The notes below the pieces were generated by a model, which was given only the letters and a program-made list of their open reading frames with translations, had not been told where the DNA came from and did not search any database. A stretch of 64,000 nt of DNA, taken from Lama glama (taxonomy: Eukaryota). The stretch covers positions 58,778,001-58,842,000 of the forward strand of contig CM052816.1 of the NCBI GenBank assembly GCA_028534125.1, given 5' to 3'. Both the position numbers and the translations under genes were made by a program. Below are positions 1-17,493 of the stretch, piece by piece; the first letter of the stretch is position 1, and every line of letters starts with the position of its first letter.

Positions 1-999
1 CATTTGGCAGAGAAAGGAGTGGCCCAAGTTCAGATACGTACAGCCCCCTTACGAGGAGGCGGTGCAGGTACTTGAACCCCGGCTTCTAGTGTAAAATTCA
101 GCTGTCAGAAAGATTCGCATTCTTAATATTGGGTGCCCTCAAGTGTCAGCTTGTTGACCTGGCTAACTACAGTTGAGCTTTCTTAGCTGAGCAATGACAG
201 GGTAATAGAGAAAATGCAGGACATATAAACGCCTGATTGGTTTGTAGTTTTTCATTATGATCAGTTATGTAAAGGACACAATTTTTGTGGCACAAGCACA
301 GCAACTCAGAGCTCTGAACAAGAGAGCCAAGTATTCCCTCCTATAGTTAGTTTCCCCTCGGTTATTCTTGATCACACAGTGCTCCCCTTTCTTCCTCTCC
401 ATTGTCAAAGTAATACAGCTCTTAGTCAAAGATTCAAAAGTCATGGTAGGATGTAAAATTAAGATGTTAGGTTCACCACTCCTACTTTCAGGGTCCTGGA
501 AGAACATTTTGCTTCACTTTTTTCTTCTACACAAGTGATCCTCACCTGCGCCCCCCCACCACTTGTTTAATCTGGCATGTCTTCCTAAATCTCACATTAA
601 TCTCATCCTTTTAAGCAGTTGCCCATCAGGTGTCCACTGGCCAAATTTGGGACAAAGACTATGTAGTGATTCTCCAATCTAAGCATGCACCAGTCATGGG
701 AAGGGCTGGTTAAAACAGATTGCTGAGTGCCTCTCCAAGTTACTGTTTCCAATGTGCACTTCTAACAAGTTCCAAAGTGATGTTTATGTTGCTGGTTGCA
801 GATGACACTTTGAGAATCACTGCTGAAGTGGATTATAACAATTTTTTAAAAATCCAGAGTAAAACAAAAAAAGGTAGGTCTGTGGGTGGGAGCTCATCTT
901 TACTGGATGTCCAATAATATAGAAAGGATGACAGAATTAAATTATTACCTTCATGTCACTTCCAGTGAGATAAATTATTTAAAGCATGTGTCATTAATG

Positions 1000-3900
1000 G
1001 ATGCTAAATTGAAAACAAAAAACAAAACAGCACCTTTACTGCAAGCTTATCTGGTATGATCAAACGTGGTATTACCAATAGTGTAACAATCTGATCGGTG
1101 ACTGTAATATGATGTATAAGTTGTACAAATTCCTAATATAGTTGGCACAATGCATACCTGAACTTAACTGTGAAGAAACAATCAGACAAGAAATCTAGAA
1201 TGGAGGACATTCTACAAGACAAATGACCTAGGCAATGCATGTTAAAAAGCAGGGCAGTTATTCTATATGCAAAAATATATGAAACTTGATTTGACTGTGG
1301 ATTGGAAAAAAGTTCCTAAGACATTTTTGGAACAATTGAGGAAATTGGAATATGTATTACATGTTACACATGGAGTTAATTTTCTTTGTGTGATAAAAAG
1401 ATTGTGATTATTTAGGACCTTAATTCTTAGGAGATAGATGTATATTTTAAGGTGACATCTTGACACCTGAAATTTACTTTCAAATGGCTCTGAAAAAAAG
1501 CATTTATGTGCATGGGTGCACACACGTGTGTATATAACCCCCATACACACTTTCTCAACAGCTATATTTATTTGCCTACATAAATTACTAAAACTGTCTA
1601 TTTTAAAATTCTTTCTTATATCCACGGGATATTTATAAAAGTCAATCAAGAACTTATCTACATTGAAAACAGTTTCAAAAGGCTTTTTACAGACCACATC
1701 TCCAATGAAATAGAAATCACCAACATAAAGATGTCTGACAAAAATAAACTTAAAAAATAAGCAGTAAAATAATCTCCAGATCAAAGAGGACCACAAAAGA
1801 AATAAACAGCAATTGATAAAGAGGACTTTAGAAGCCAGCTATCTCAGAGGAAAATGTGCATATAAAGGCTTTTAGTACTAAAATACATCAAGTATTTAAC
1901 CTAAACTAGAAAATAAAGAAACCTAAAGAAAAACAGATGAGAATTAACATGAAAGCTAAAACATCAAAACCTGGTTCTTTCAAAACACCAGTAAAAGACC
2001 CCACCCCCTCCCCAACCAGGCAAGCCTGAAAAGTATTTAACATCAGGAACAAGATATAACTATAATACAGAAGGGATTCAATAATCATATACCTCTACAG
2101 CTTTGATTTTAAAAATTTAGAATGGATAATTTTCTATTAATGGGAGGGGAGGCCTAAAAAACACCCCAAAAACCATGGAAAGCTACCATTATAAGCAGCA
2201 CCAGGCCAGGTGACGTTACAGATTAATTTAGCTAATTTTTAATGAGTGGATAAAGATTATAAAACTTGAAGACAAAAATCTCTTTAATCCACCTTAAAGC
2301 TGGTAAAATACAAAAATCAGAAAATAGCAACTACAAAAACTGAGCCAATTACTTATGAGATGGAAAACTTTCTAAATGAAACATTAGCAGACTATAAAAC
2401 ATGAGCAAGAATTCATTAACCTCAAATGTGGTAATAGTCAAGTAAAGTATCAAAAAAAGGAGGAAACCGTAATGATATGAGCTGAAATAGTAATGATATG
2501 AGCTGAAATAGAAATCCCTGACTGTTAACAACTATCAACAGAAATAGAAAAATATCTAAAATATAAAGACCACTTAAAGATGAACAGCAAAAATATTAGT
2601 TGGTCAAAATACTGAAGAGATGTCCAGGGACAAGACAGGGATTACTTATCATCCATGGTTGTTTTGGAGATTCCAATACAATAAATACCATGGATATTGA
2701 AAATAAAATCTTGGTATTTAAGGCTTAGAAAACCACTAAAATCAAGTAAGAAAATTGATATCAAATGTATAAGAAAAATACAAGTAGCAATAAAAACAGA
2801 ACTGAGAAGTAGATCCTACTCACAACAGTGACAAAAAAGCATAAACCCAGCAATAAATTTGACAAGAAAAGTGTAGCAATTATATAATTAAATTTTAATA
2901 TTGCATTGAAGGGCATCCAACAAGAGATGAGAAAAATGCTTCTGGATGGGAAGACAATGCCAGTCCATCTAGAACTAATACATAACATACTACATACATG
3001 TATATAATAAACAGTCAAAATCTCAAAGGAGTTTTTCAATAACTAGACATAAATTTAAAGTTCACGTATTTGAAACTGCCCCCAAATGTTTGGAAAATAG
3101 TGTTAGCCTCATCTTACCAGAAAAACTTAATTAAAACTATACTACTCACAGGCAAGAACAAGATCAGGAAACACATTTATGTTTCAATTGTACAAGGATT
3201 TTAAACACATGGCATTGGCACAAATGGGCATCCATCTGCAAGAATCCTACCTCATAACACATATAAAAAATTTTGCTGAGGGATGGATTATAGATCTAAA
3301 CAGGAAAAACTTAGAAATTTAGATGTTAATGGTTTTTGGATGGAGTTGACCTTAAGACTGAAAATCCAAAAGCAACTACAGGAAAAATAGACTTGATACT
3401 ATGAAAATTTAAACTGTCTACATGGCAAAAGACCATATAAACAGATAGAGGGTATTTGAAGAACTAGGAAAGCCTTACATATTGATAAGTGAGTGGACAT
3501 CAAACATTTATTCAACTAGTCATCAGAAGCATTAATTAAAACTGCAAACAAATAAGATATTTCTTGCAAAAAATCCCAGAAATTAGACAATGATTACTCT
3601 CAGTTCTAGGAAGGATGTAGAGAAAACCAGCACTTTTGTACATTTATTGCTGATGACATTGAGAAAGTCAGCTGGGAATACCTGTGAGAACTCAGAACAC
3701 AGTTTGGAGAATCCAGTATACATAAGAGAAAAGCATGGGACACAATGACATTTAAACAGGAGGAGCAGAGGAAAAGCAACCTGAATGTAAACAGGGGAAT
3801 GGTGAAACACATTATAGTATATCCATACTAAGGACTTTAATGCCCAAAGATGAGGAAGGCCCATCCATGTTGAAAGAAATTGCTAAGTACATAGAATGAC

Positions 3901-4080
3901 CCCATTTTTAACTCCCCTACTCCTCGTAACAGTTTATATGCATGTCTGTTTTTACAGAATGTGTGGATGGATAGATACATCCTCAACTGTTGATTTTCTT
4001 CAGGTGGATAGGACTGAGACGTAGGTAAGGGTGAGGTGGGTAAATAAGTTTTTTAAGATATTTTCATATCTGTTATGAGG
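1000..4080 (+). mobile_element. Cluster of ancient degenerate L1M fragments downstream of CCNB1
   Basis: A-rich + strand bias with scattered L1 ORF2/3'UTR-like words; no intact ORF; boundaries approximate. Confidence 0.55.
2469..2510 (+). repeat. Perfect 21-bp tandem duplication
   Basis: GTAATGATATGAGCTGAAATA x2. Confidence 0.95.
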
Positions 4081-4087
4081 ATTCTGT

Positions 4088-4093
4088 TTTATT
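4088..4093 (-). terminator. CCNB1: Candidate distal CCNB1 poly(A) signal
   Basis: AATAAA on minus strand about 550 nt after the stop, preceded by U-rich sequence. Confidence 0.5.
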
Positions 4094-4549
4094 TTAACCA
4101 AAAAAAAAAAATAAACTAGGTTTAGAATATAAATTAAAATTCTTATTTTTCTAAGTGAAAAAGTTGATTCTAGTTGATAATTTAAGAAAGTGGTACAAGC
4201 AGATTACTTAGAATTATGGGGAAATTGAAAACAGGGGGACTAGGGACAAGGTGGTAGACTTTTCCTTAAGTAGAACTAGGCAGCAGATTCTCTTAGGACC
4301 ATGCTTACATACAGTATGACTTGTAAAGTGAGGATCTAAGAGCTTAGTAATTCTTACTGATAAAGTAAAACCAAGGAACATAAAACAAGAACCAAGTGTA
4401 TATATTAGTTGGGTCCCCAGGCAAACTGAAAGCAGTATTTTTTTCTTAATTTCCTACCATACCTTTAAGACAACTTTTAGATTATCCTACAGTGGAAAGT
4501 AGCCACATTCAAATGAGTTAAGGGATAAGAAGTAAAAGGGACTACAAAC

Positions 4550-4613
4550 TTTATTAAAAGTAAATAAACGTAACATATAATATGTACAGATGGCACATGG
4601 TGCCAATTTTATT
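4550..4613 (-). promoter_or_regulatory. CCNB1: CCNB1 3'UTR cytoplasmic-polyadenylation module (PBE, CPE overlapping hexamer, AATAAA)
   Basis: Minus strand: AATAAA 4613-4608; Pumilio element TGTACATA 4588-4581; TTTTAATAAA (CPE overlapping AATAAA) 4559-4550. Confidence 0.8.
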
Positions 4614-4645
4614 TGTAGATATTATAGTATTCCAAAGTTCACAAG

Positions 4646-10989
<6,344 letters not shown>

Positions 10990-11128
10990 GGCTTCCTCTG
11001 CACCAGGCAGTAGCTCAGTGGGGAGAAGCGGAGCACGGGAGTCCCCGACCAGCCGGGGACCTGAACCCAGCACACGCCAACAGCCGTTCCTCCGCAGCAC
11101 GCCGGGAAGAATCGGGCCCTGCCTCAGG

Positions 11129-11273
11129 TTTAAACCCCGCACCGCTCCCTCCTTATTGGCCTGTTCGTGGCACTCGCTCGCTTCTCATTGGCGGCGGCCG
11201 GTTCCTCCGAGAATGCGTTTCCAGGGCGATCCCGCGAAGACATTCGGGTGGGACGGGACCAGGCCGTCACGTG
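11129..11273 (-). promoter_or_regulatory. CCNB1: CCNB1 G2/M core promoter: CHR, two CCAAT boxes, E-box
   Basis: TTTAAA (CHR) 11129-11134 with GCGG just upstream; CCAAT at 11159-11155 and 11191-11187 (32 bp apart); CACGTG 11268-11273. Confidence 0.9.
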
Positions 11274-11729
11274 GTCTGGCCCCGCGCCTGCGCCCTTGGC
11301 AGTGACTGCCGCCACCTGGAGAGGGGATGCGTCCGCTGCTCACCTGGAGAGGTGAGCCTGTGCTGTGCTGGGGCAGTCTTGTGGCCTTAAAAAAGTGCTG
11401 GTGGAGCCACCGCAGTTGGACCTCAAAGACAGTTATGACTTTAGTTCTACTTACTGTTAAACACTGACCTCTTTTACAGTGGCATGTAGCCGAAAAGGCT
11501 TTTATATATACATTCTTTCATTTGATCATTCCAACAGCACTCTGGTGGAGGCACTGAAGCTCGGAGAGGCTTTGGGTGATTTTCCCAGAATCACAAATTA
11601 GTAACACGGGACTAAACTTAGATTTCTTTAGACCCATGATGTTTCCACAACAGTAATTGCCGCTTAAGAATATTGCCAGCCTCTTAACCTGCCAGATTAC
11701 TTAAATCAAATTATTTCGAAAGCCAATTT

Positions 11730-12450
11730 TTTTATTTTTGCTTTTTATTTGAAAATAATTTCAAACTTAGGAAACTTGTAAACAAAAATCTTACTGGGAA
11801 CACACAGGTAGGTACCCTTTACTCAGATTCAAATATCCTTTTACCCCATTTGCTTTATTATTCACTTAATCTCTTTCTTATATAAAGCTCTATCTATGGA
11901 CACATAACCCTATAAAATTTTCTTCCTGGAACATTTGAGAGTAAGTTATATATATAATGGCCCTTTATCCCTCAATTCTTTAGTGTGTATTTCTAAGAAA
12001 AAGGGATATTCCCTTACATATTCACAATACAGTCATAAATTTACTTTATTACAATATTGTATTCAACCTAGTTTATATTCCAATTTTGTCAGTTGACCTA
12101 GTAATGTTCTTTCCTCCAGCTAGAGTCAATGTTGCATTTAGTTCCTTTAGTCTGAAACACTTCTCACAGCTTTTCTTAGTCTTTCAAACACTGATGGTTT
12201 TGAAGAATACAGTACGCCCTGCCGCTTTTTAGAAAATAGAAATTTCTTATTCTTGTGTTTGTTTAATGGTTCCTTGTGACTTACATCAAGGTTATGCATT
12301 CTTGGCTGTTACGCATAGGTTTCACGTAGGCGACATCAGATTCTTCTCAGGGGATCAACTCTGCAGACATATGCTGTTTGCTTGTTCCCCATAAATGATA
12401 TTAATTTTGATCACTTGGTTAAGCTATTACCTGGTTTCTCCACTGTACTT
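11730..12450 (-). mobile_element. Ancient L1MC/ME-like 3' fragment
   Basis: TTTTATTTGAAAATAATTTCAAACTTA...TTGCATTTAGTT...TTTTGATCACTTGGTTAAG motifs. Confidence 0.55.
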
Positions 12451-12502
12451 TTAGTTGTTTGAACCCGTTCCTGACCATTGCACAGTAGAATTTCATTTAA
12501 CA

Positions 12503-12727
12503 CAGTAGTTCTCAATGGAGGAACATTTTGTCCTATGGGGAGCATTTGGCATTTCTGGTTGTCACAACCGGGAAGATGCTACTGGCTTCTAGTGGGTAGA
12601 GACCAGAGATGCTTCTAAACATCCTATAATACACAAGACAGCCTGCACCCCATAAACACAGACACAAATGATTATCCAGCCCCACAATTCTGGTGGAGTC
12701 TCAGACTGCCAAGTTTGAGAGAGCTTG
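12503..12727. mobile_element. MER20-like hAT-Charlie DNA transposon relic
   Basis: CAGTAGTTCTCAA...TTGTCACAAC.GGG..ATGCTACTGGC.TCTAGTGGGTAGAG.CCAG.GATGCT..TAAACATCCTA. Confidence 0.7.
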
Positions 12728-12846
12728 TCTACTACATACATACCTATGACTCATTTCTATTCAGAATGCTGATTTTGATGCTTAATAAACACAAGTTCCA
12801 TGGATTATATCTTTTTAAAATAACATTAAAAATTTTGACTTTTCTC

Positions 12847-13311
12847 AGATACATGCACTCCAGTGTTCATAGCACCACAGTTTACAATAGCCAAGACACG
12901 GAAGCAACCTAAATGTCCATCTACAGATGAATGGATAAAGAAGATGTGGTATATATACACAGTGGAATATTTGCCATAGAAATGAGTGAAATAATGCCAT
13001 TTGCAACAACATGGATGGACCTCGAGATTATCATACTAAGCGAAAGACAAATGACAAATATCATGTGATATCACTTATATGTGGACTCTAAAATATGATA
13101 CAAATGAACTTATTTACAAAACAGAAACAGGCTCACAGAGATAGAAAACAAATGATTACCAAAGAGGGAAGGGGTAGGGAGGGAAAAGTGAAGAATTTGG
13201 GATTAACATATACACACTATTATATAAAAGAGATAAATAATAAGCACCTAGTGTAAAGTACAGGGAACTATATTCAGTCTCTTGTAATAAACTATAATGG
13301 AAAAGAATCTA

Positions 13312-13346
<35 letters not shown>

Positions 13347-13425
13347 TACCAGAAACAAACATAACATTATAAGTCACTATATGTCAATTAAAAAAAGACA
13401 AAAACAAAAAACAAAAAACAAAAAA
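12847..13425 (+). mobile_element. 5'-truncated LINE-1 3' end
   Basis: ACAATAGCCAAGAC..GGAAGCAACCTAAATGTCC and 3'UTR similar to the 43.2-44.1 kb copy; A-rich tail; TSD TTGACTTTTCTC. Confidence 0.9.
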
Positions 13426-13479
13426 CTTGACTTTTCTCCTCAGTGAACTACACAGTATTCTCTCCCCTGGCCCTGTCAG

Positions 13480-14640
13480 TAGTGCCAACTACATACCAGG
13501 CAATGTTCTAGGTGCTAGGAATATAGCTCTGAACAAAACAGATGAGCTCCCTGCTGTTATAAAGTATAGAGTCCAGTAGGAGAGAGGCTAAATAAGTAAA
13601 TAAGTAAAATGGAAAAAACGATCAGGTAGTACTAAATGGTAGGCAGAAAATAAAGATAGTGAAGCAGGTAGAGTGATTTGGTAGCTAGCTGAGACTTGGT
13701 GGTCACGGACAGTCTGAGAAGTTGACATTTAAATTAAGGTTTAAATGACAAAAAGGAAAACATTTTAGGTAGAGGAAACAGCCTGTGAAAACCCAAAGAT
13801 AGTGTTGGCTTAAACAAATAGACTGCCAGATATTTCTCCTGCAAAAATAGGCTTATTCAGGATCAACGAAGATTTACAATTTGGGGTCTACCACCACGGC
13901 AAGCCATGAAAGTCCCCATGCCACAGGGAGAGGACTCTCGTATACAGGGAAAAGGAAGTCAAGAGAGCTATGTAGTAAGCAGAGTTCACTGGTGGAATTG
14001 AGAGTTTGAAGTATAGTGGCTTTTTATTGGCTGAGCTTTTATCAAGGAAGAAGAGGAAGTCTCTCTTTTGCTGGGCTATTGTAGTCACAGAACCTGCAAG
14101 CTCCCCTTTCTGACGACACTCTATTTTAATGTGCTTATTAATTTTTACAATGGGAAAAAGCTTGTCATGTTCAGAAAAGCCAGTGTGGCTAGAGTATGGG
14201 AGGAGGAGGGGAGTAGAGATGAGATTAAGAAATTGGAAAGGGTAAAGCTACACAAGGCCTCCCTCGTAAACCAAGGTAAAGGGTTTGGGCTATACTAAGT
14301 GCAGTAGAAGGCTTTGGAGGGTTTTAAGCCACAGTGTGGCAGAATCTATTTTTTCAAGAGATTTCTGTTGTCATGGTGGAGAGAATGTGTGTAGCTTGGG
14401 TGGAGGAGGGGAAGAAGGAGGAGGAGAGAAGCAGGGGAGCCATTCAAAGGCTGTTGTAGGAGGCCAGCAAAAGATGATGGTTGGATGGTACTAGCAGCAC
14501 TAGATGGAAAGGGATGGGTTCTGGATATATTTTGGAGATAGACTTGCTGAGTCTTGATTTACATGCCTGGAGTGAGAGAAAAGGGGTCAAGGGTGACTCA
14601 TAGGTTTTGACTTGAGTGACTGAAACAGAAAAGACTAAGA
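13480..14640 (+). mobile_element. L2 LINE relic, interrupted by an LTR-like insert at 13803-14149
   Basis: CCAGGCA.TGTTCTAGGTGCT, GGAAACAGC..GTG.AAA, AGCCAGTGTGGCT.GAG, GGAGGGTTTTAAGC, TCTGGATATATTTTGGAG motifs. Confidence 0.6.
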
Positions 14641-14659
14641 GATGAGCAGCTTTTTGTGG

Positions 14660-14862
14660 TGGTAGGGTATAGCTCAGTGGTAGAGCACATGCTCAGCATG
14701 CATGAGGTCCTGGGTTCAATCTCCAGTACTTCCATTAAGCCTATGGCCATACCATCCTGAATACGCCCAATCTCGTCCAGTACCTCCATTAAAAACTAAA
14801 AAAATAAACAAACCTCATTACCCACCCCAAATAGATAAATAAAAATAAATTATACAAAAGAA
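14660..14862 (+). mobile_element. tRNA-derived SINE (vic-1-like) interrupted by a 5S fragment
   Basis: GGGTATAGCTCAGTGGTAGAG...GGGTTCAAT head and A-rich tail shared with the other copies. Confidence 0.85.
14739..14777 (+). pseudogene. 5S rRNA 5' fragment (nt 1-39), tailless retropseudogene-like
   Basis: 33/39 identical to GTCTACGGCCATACCACCCTGAACGCGCCCGATCTCGTC, all differences transitions; flanked by 15-bp direct repeats. Confidence 0.85.
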
Positions 14863-14869
14863 AATTTTT

Positions 14870-15020
14870 AAAGGGTACAAACTTCCAATCATAAGATAAT
14901 TTACTAGGGATGTAATATATAACATGATAAATGTAATAAACACCGCTATATGTTATAATGAAGGTTGTTAAGAGTAAATCCCTAGAGTTCTCATCACACG
15001 CAAAAAAATAAAAAAACAAA
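14870..15020 (+). mobile_element. LINE-1 3'UTR fragment (L1MA-like)
   Basis: AAAGGGTACAAACTTCCA..ATAAGAT...GTTAAGAGTA.ATC..AG.GTTCTCATCAC followed by an A-tail. Confidence 0.7.
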
Positions 15021-15166
15021 CAGAAGAGCAGCTTTTAGAAAGTAGTAGTTTGGGGTAGATCAAGAATTCTGTCACATTTGGAATGCTTAGAGAAATACAA
15101 CAGGGGAGATCTAGGCAAAGATCAGGGTGGGAGCAGAATTCTCCTTAGCTTTAGATAGTATTTAAA

Positions 15167-15666
15167 NNNNNNNNNNNNNNNNNNNNNNNNNNNNNNNNNN
15201 NNNNNNNNNNNNNNNNNNNNNNNNNNNNNNNNNNNNNNNNNNNNNNNNNNNNNNNNNNNNNNNNNNNNNNNNNNNNNNNNNNNNNNNNNNNNNNNNNNNN
15301 NNNNNNNNNNNNNNNNNNNNNNNNNNNNNNNNNNNNNNNNNNNNNNNNNNNNNNNNNNNNNNNNNNNNNNNNNNNNNNNNNNNNNNNNNNNNNNNNNNNN
15401 NNNNNNNNNNNNNNNNNNNNNNNNNNNNNNNNNNNNNNNNNNNNNNNNNNNNNNNNNNNNNNNNNNNNNNNNNNNNNNNNNNNNNNNNNNNNNNNNNNNN
15501 NNNNNNNNNNNNNNNNNNNNNNNNNNNNNNNNNNNNNNNNNNNNNNNNNNNNNNNNNNNNNNNNNNNNNNNNNNNNNNNNNNNNNNNNNNNNNNNNNNNN
15601 NNNNNNNNNNNNNNNNNNNNNNNNNNNNNNNNNNNNNNNNNNNNNNNNNNNNNNNNNNNNNNNNNN
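15167..15666. other. Assembly gap (500 N)
   Basis: Run of N. Confidence 1.
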
Positions 15667-17243
15667 TGATCACCAGCAAACTCCATGATGCTCCTAGCTG
15701 AGAAACATGAAGCTCGGAGTTTAAGCATAGTTAATTTTTCACATAGCCAGGATGTGGACAAGTCACACTTCAGTATCATAGTTAAGTGCACAGATTTTTC
15801 CTGGTTATTGAAAACGTATGCCCCACCCTCTGTAAAGATTTTTGTAATCTTCCAGGAGAAAGAGTTCCCTTCCTCCTCTGAACTCAGAACAGTATCACAT
15901 CTACCTTTCTTCCAGTGTGTATCACCATGCTCTTTTACATATTTTTATATGCTCAGTAACTACAGCCTTCCTGTGAGGGCAGAGACCATATCAGACCTCT
16001 TTATATAACTCACTCTGCTTTATACATGTTAGGCATTTAATGCATCAGTAAACTTAATAGGTGCTTTAACAAATGGTTCCCATAGATTAATTTGGGACTA
16101 TTGCCTTGATTGGATAGGACTGCAAGGGATCGATCACCTTATAGTCACGGGATCCAGACCCTATCATTTTAAGTCAAGAGAACAAGCGACTGGCCCTGAG
16201 ATCACAGCTATGGTGGCGAGTCTGATTCCTAGACCAGTCAGCGTCCCGCCTACTATATTGATTTGCAGTCTTTCACATTAGGCATCCCTATCCCGCTCCT
16301 ATGGCAAATGAAGGCAACCAACAATGGGAAACCCTATCTGAAGTAAGGCATTGGAAAAGTATGTCACTGTAACTTACCTGATGCTTTTTAAGAGCTAAAC
16401 ACTTAACCTCCATATGATTACCTAACAGGTCTGTGGTTAACTTGTAACCTGGTATTCAAATACCCTCAATGGCTTGCTGCTAACCTTCCTTTCTAATCAT
16501 AGGCCTACAAATTCCACACCCAAAAAGCATGATTGGGCAAAACTGAACTACTAAAGGGTTTACTCCAGAGGGAATTAATCCCCTTGCCTTCTATTTCTGA
16601 CCCCACTGGTCTCTTCCATCTATCAAGCACCACCTCCTTTGTGAAGCCTTCTCCTCCCTTCAGCTAAAAGTAACGTCTCCATTTTCTGAACTTTGCCTCT
16701 TCCTTTTGGCACCAGATCTCTCTAAATCTTGAATTACAGTTATTTACACCTTATTTTTCCCTACTGTAATAAGCACTGTGAAGGCAGAGTTTGTGTCTGA
16801 TTTATTTTTTACTTTAAACAGAAAGCTTGTAAGTAAGAGGCAGTGAACATGCTGCTTAGTCCAAGTCGCCATCCTCTCTCATTTGGGCTTCCGCGGGCCG
16901 GCTAACTCTCCCCTGGGTTCCACTCACTCTCCTACCCTGATCGCTTTGAGACATGACAGCCCTGTGACTCAAAGCCCTCCACAGACTTTGCACATCCACA
17001 CCACACCTTCTGCCTAATTTTGCTATCATGTTGGCTTTCTTGCTTTGCTTCTATCATGGTAACCATCTCCTGCCTCAGACGTCTTTGCATTTGATGTTCT
17101 TTCAGGGACGAATAGTGGGTATTAGTAGAATATGGGTAGGATACTCGGTACTGGTTGTTTCTTTACTCAGATCAGGTTCTTGTCTTCCTCCGCAGACACC
17201 CTCTTTGGCCAATCTCTAGCACCCCTGTTAAGAGTGTCAATCC

Positions 17244-17493
17244 CTGCCTCTCCCATCTGCCTGTCTGGCTGGCAGGGAAGGAAAAGAACTTGTATGTTGG
17301 TGAAGGAGGAAGCTGTGTGGGTCGACAGTGAAATCTAGAGTAAAAAGCAAGCTGATCCAAGGTGTCCTGCAGGCTGTAAAATGCAGTTTAATCCAAGTGT
17401 GATTTTTAAAACTGTTCAAATGATTTTAATTATTGGAATGCACAATTTAAAAAATATGCAAATAAAGTTTTAAAACCTAAAAAAAAAAAAAAA
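17244..17493 (+). pseudogene. TMSB4X: 5'-truncated processed pseudogene of thymosin beta-4 (3'UTR only)
   Basis: Matches the TMSB4X 3'UTR as I recall it (CTGGCTGGCAGGGAAGG...GACAGTGAAATCTAGAGTAAAA...GTTCAAATGATTTTAATTATTGGAATGCACAATTT); AATAAA 17461; A-tail; TSD AA(G/A)AGTGTCAATCC at 17230-17243 and 17490-17503. Confidence 0.88.

Noticed and set aside
1..600. Possible start of the expected syntenic neighbour CENPH
   Set aside because: No recognisable CENPH coding sequence or CpG island within the window.
1263..1796. 177-aa minus-strand ORF
   Set aside because: Low-complexity F/I/L/K-rich translation antisense to A-rich L1-derived DNA; no domain or splice support.
15122..15791. ORFs spanning N runs (also 54671-55225)
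   Set aside because: Artefacts of the 500-N assembly gaps.
17105..17160. Short odd-composition stretch considered as a possible NUMT
   Set aside because: I could not align it to any mitochondrial gene by eye; too short to call without a search.
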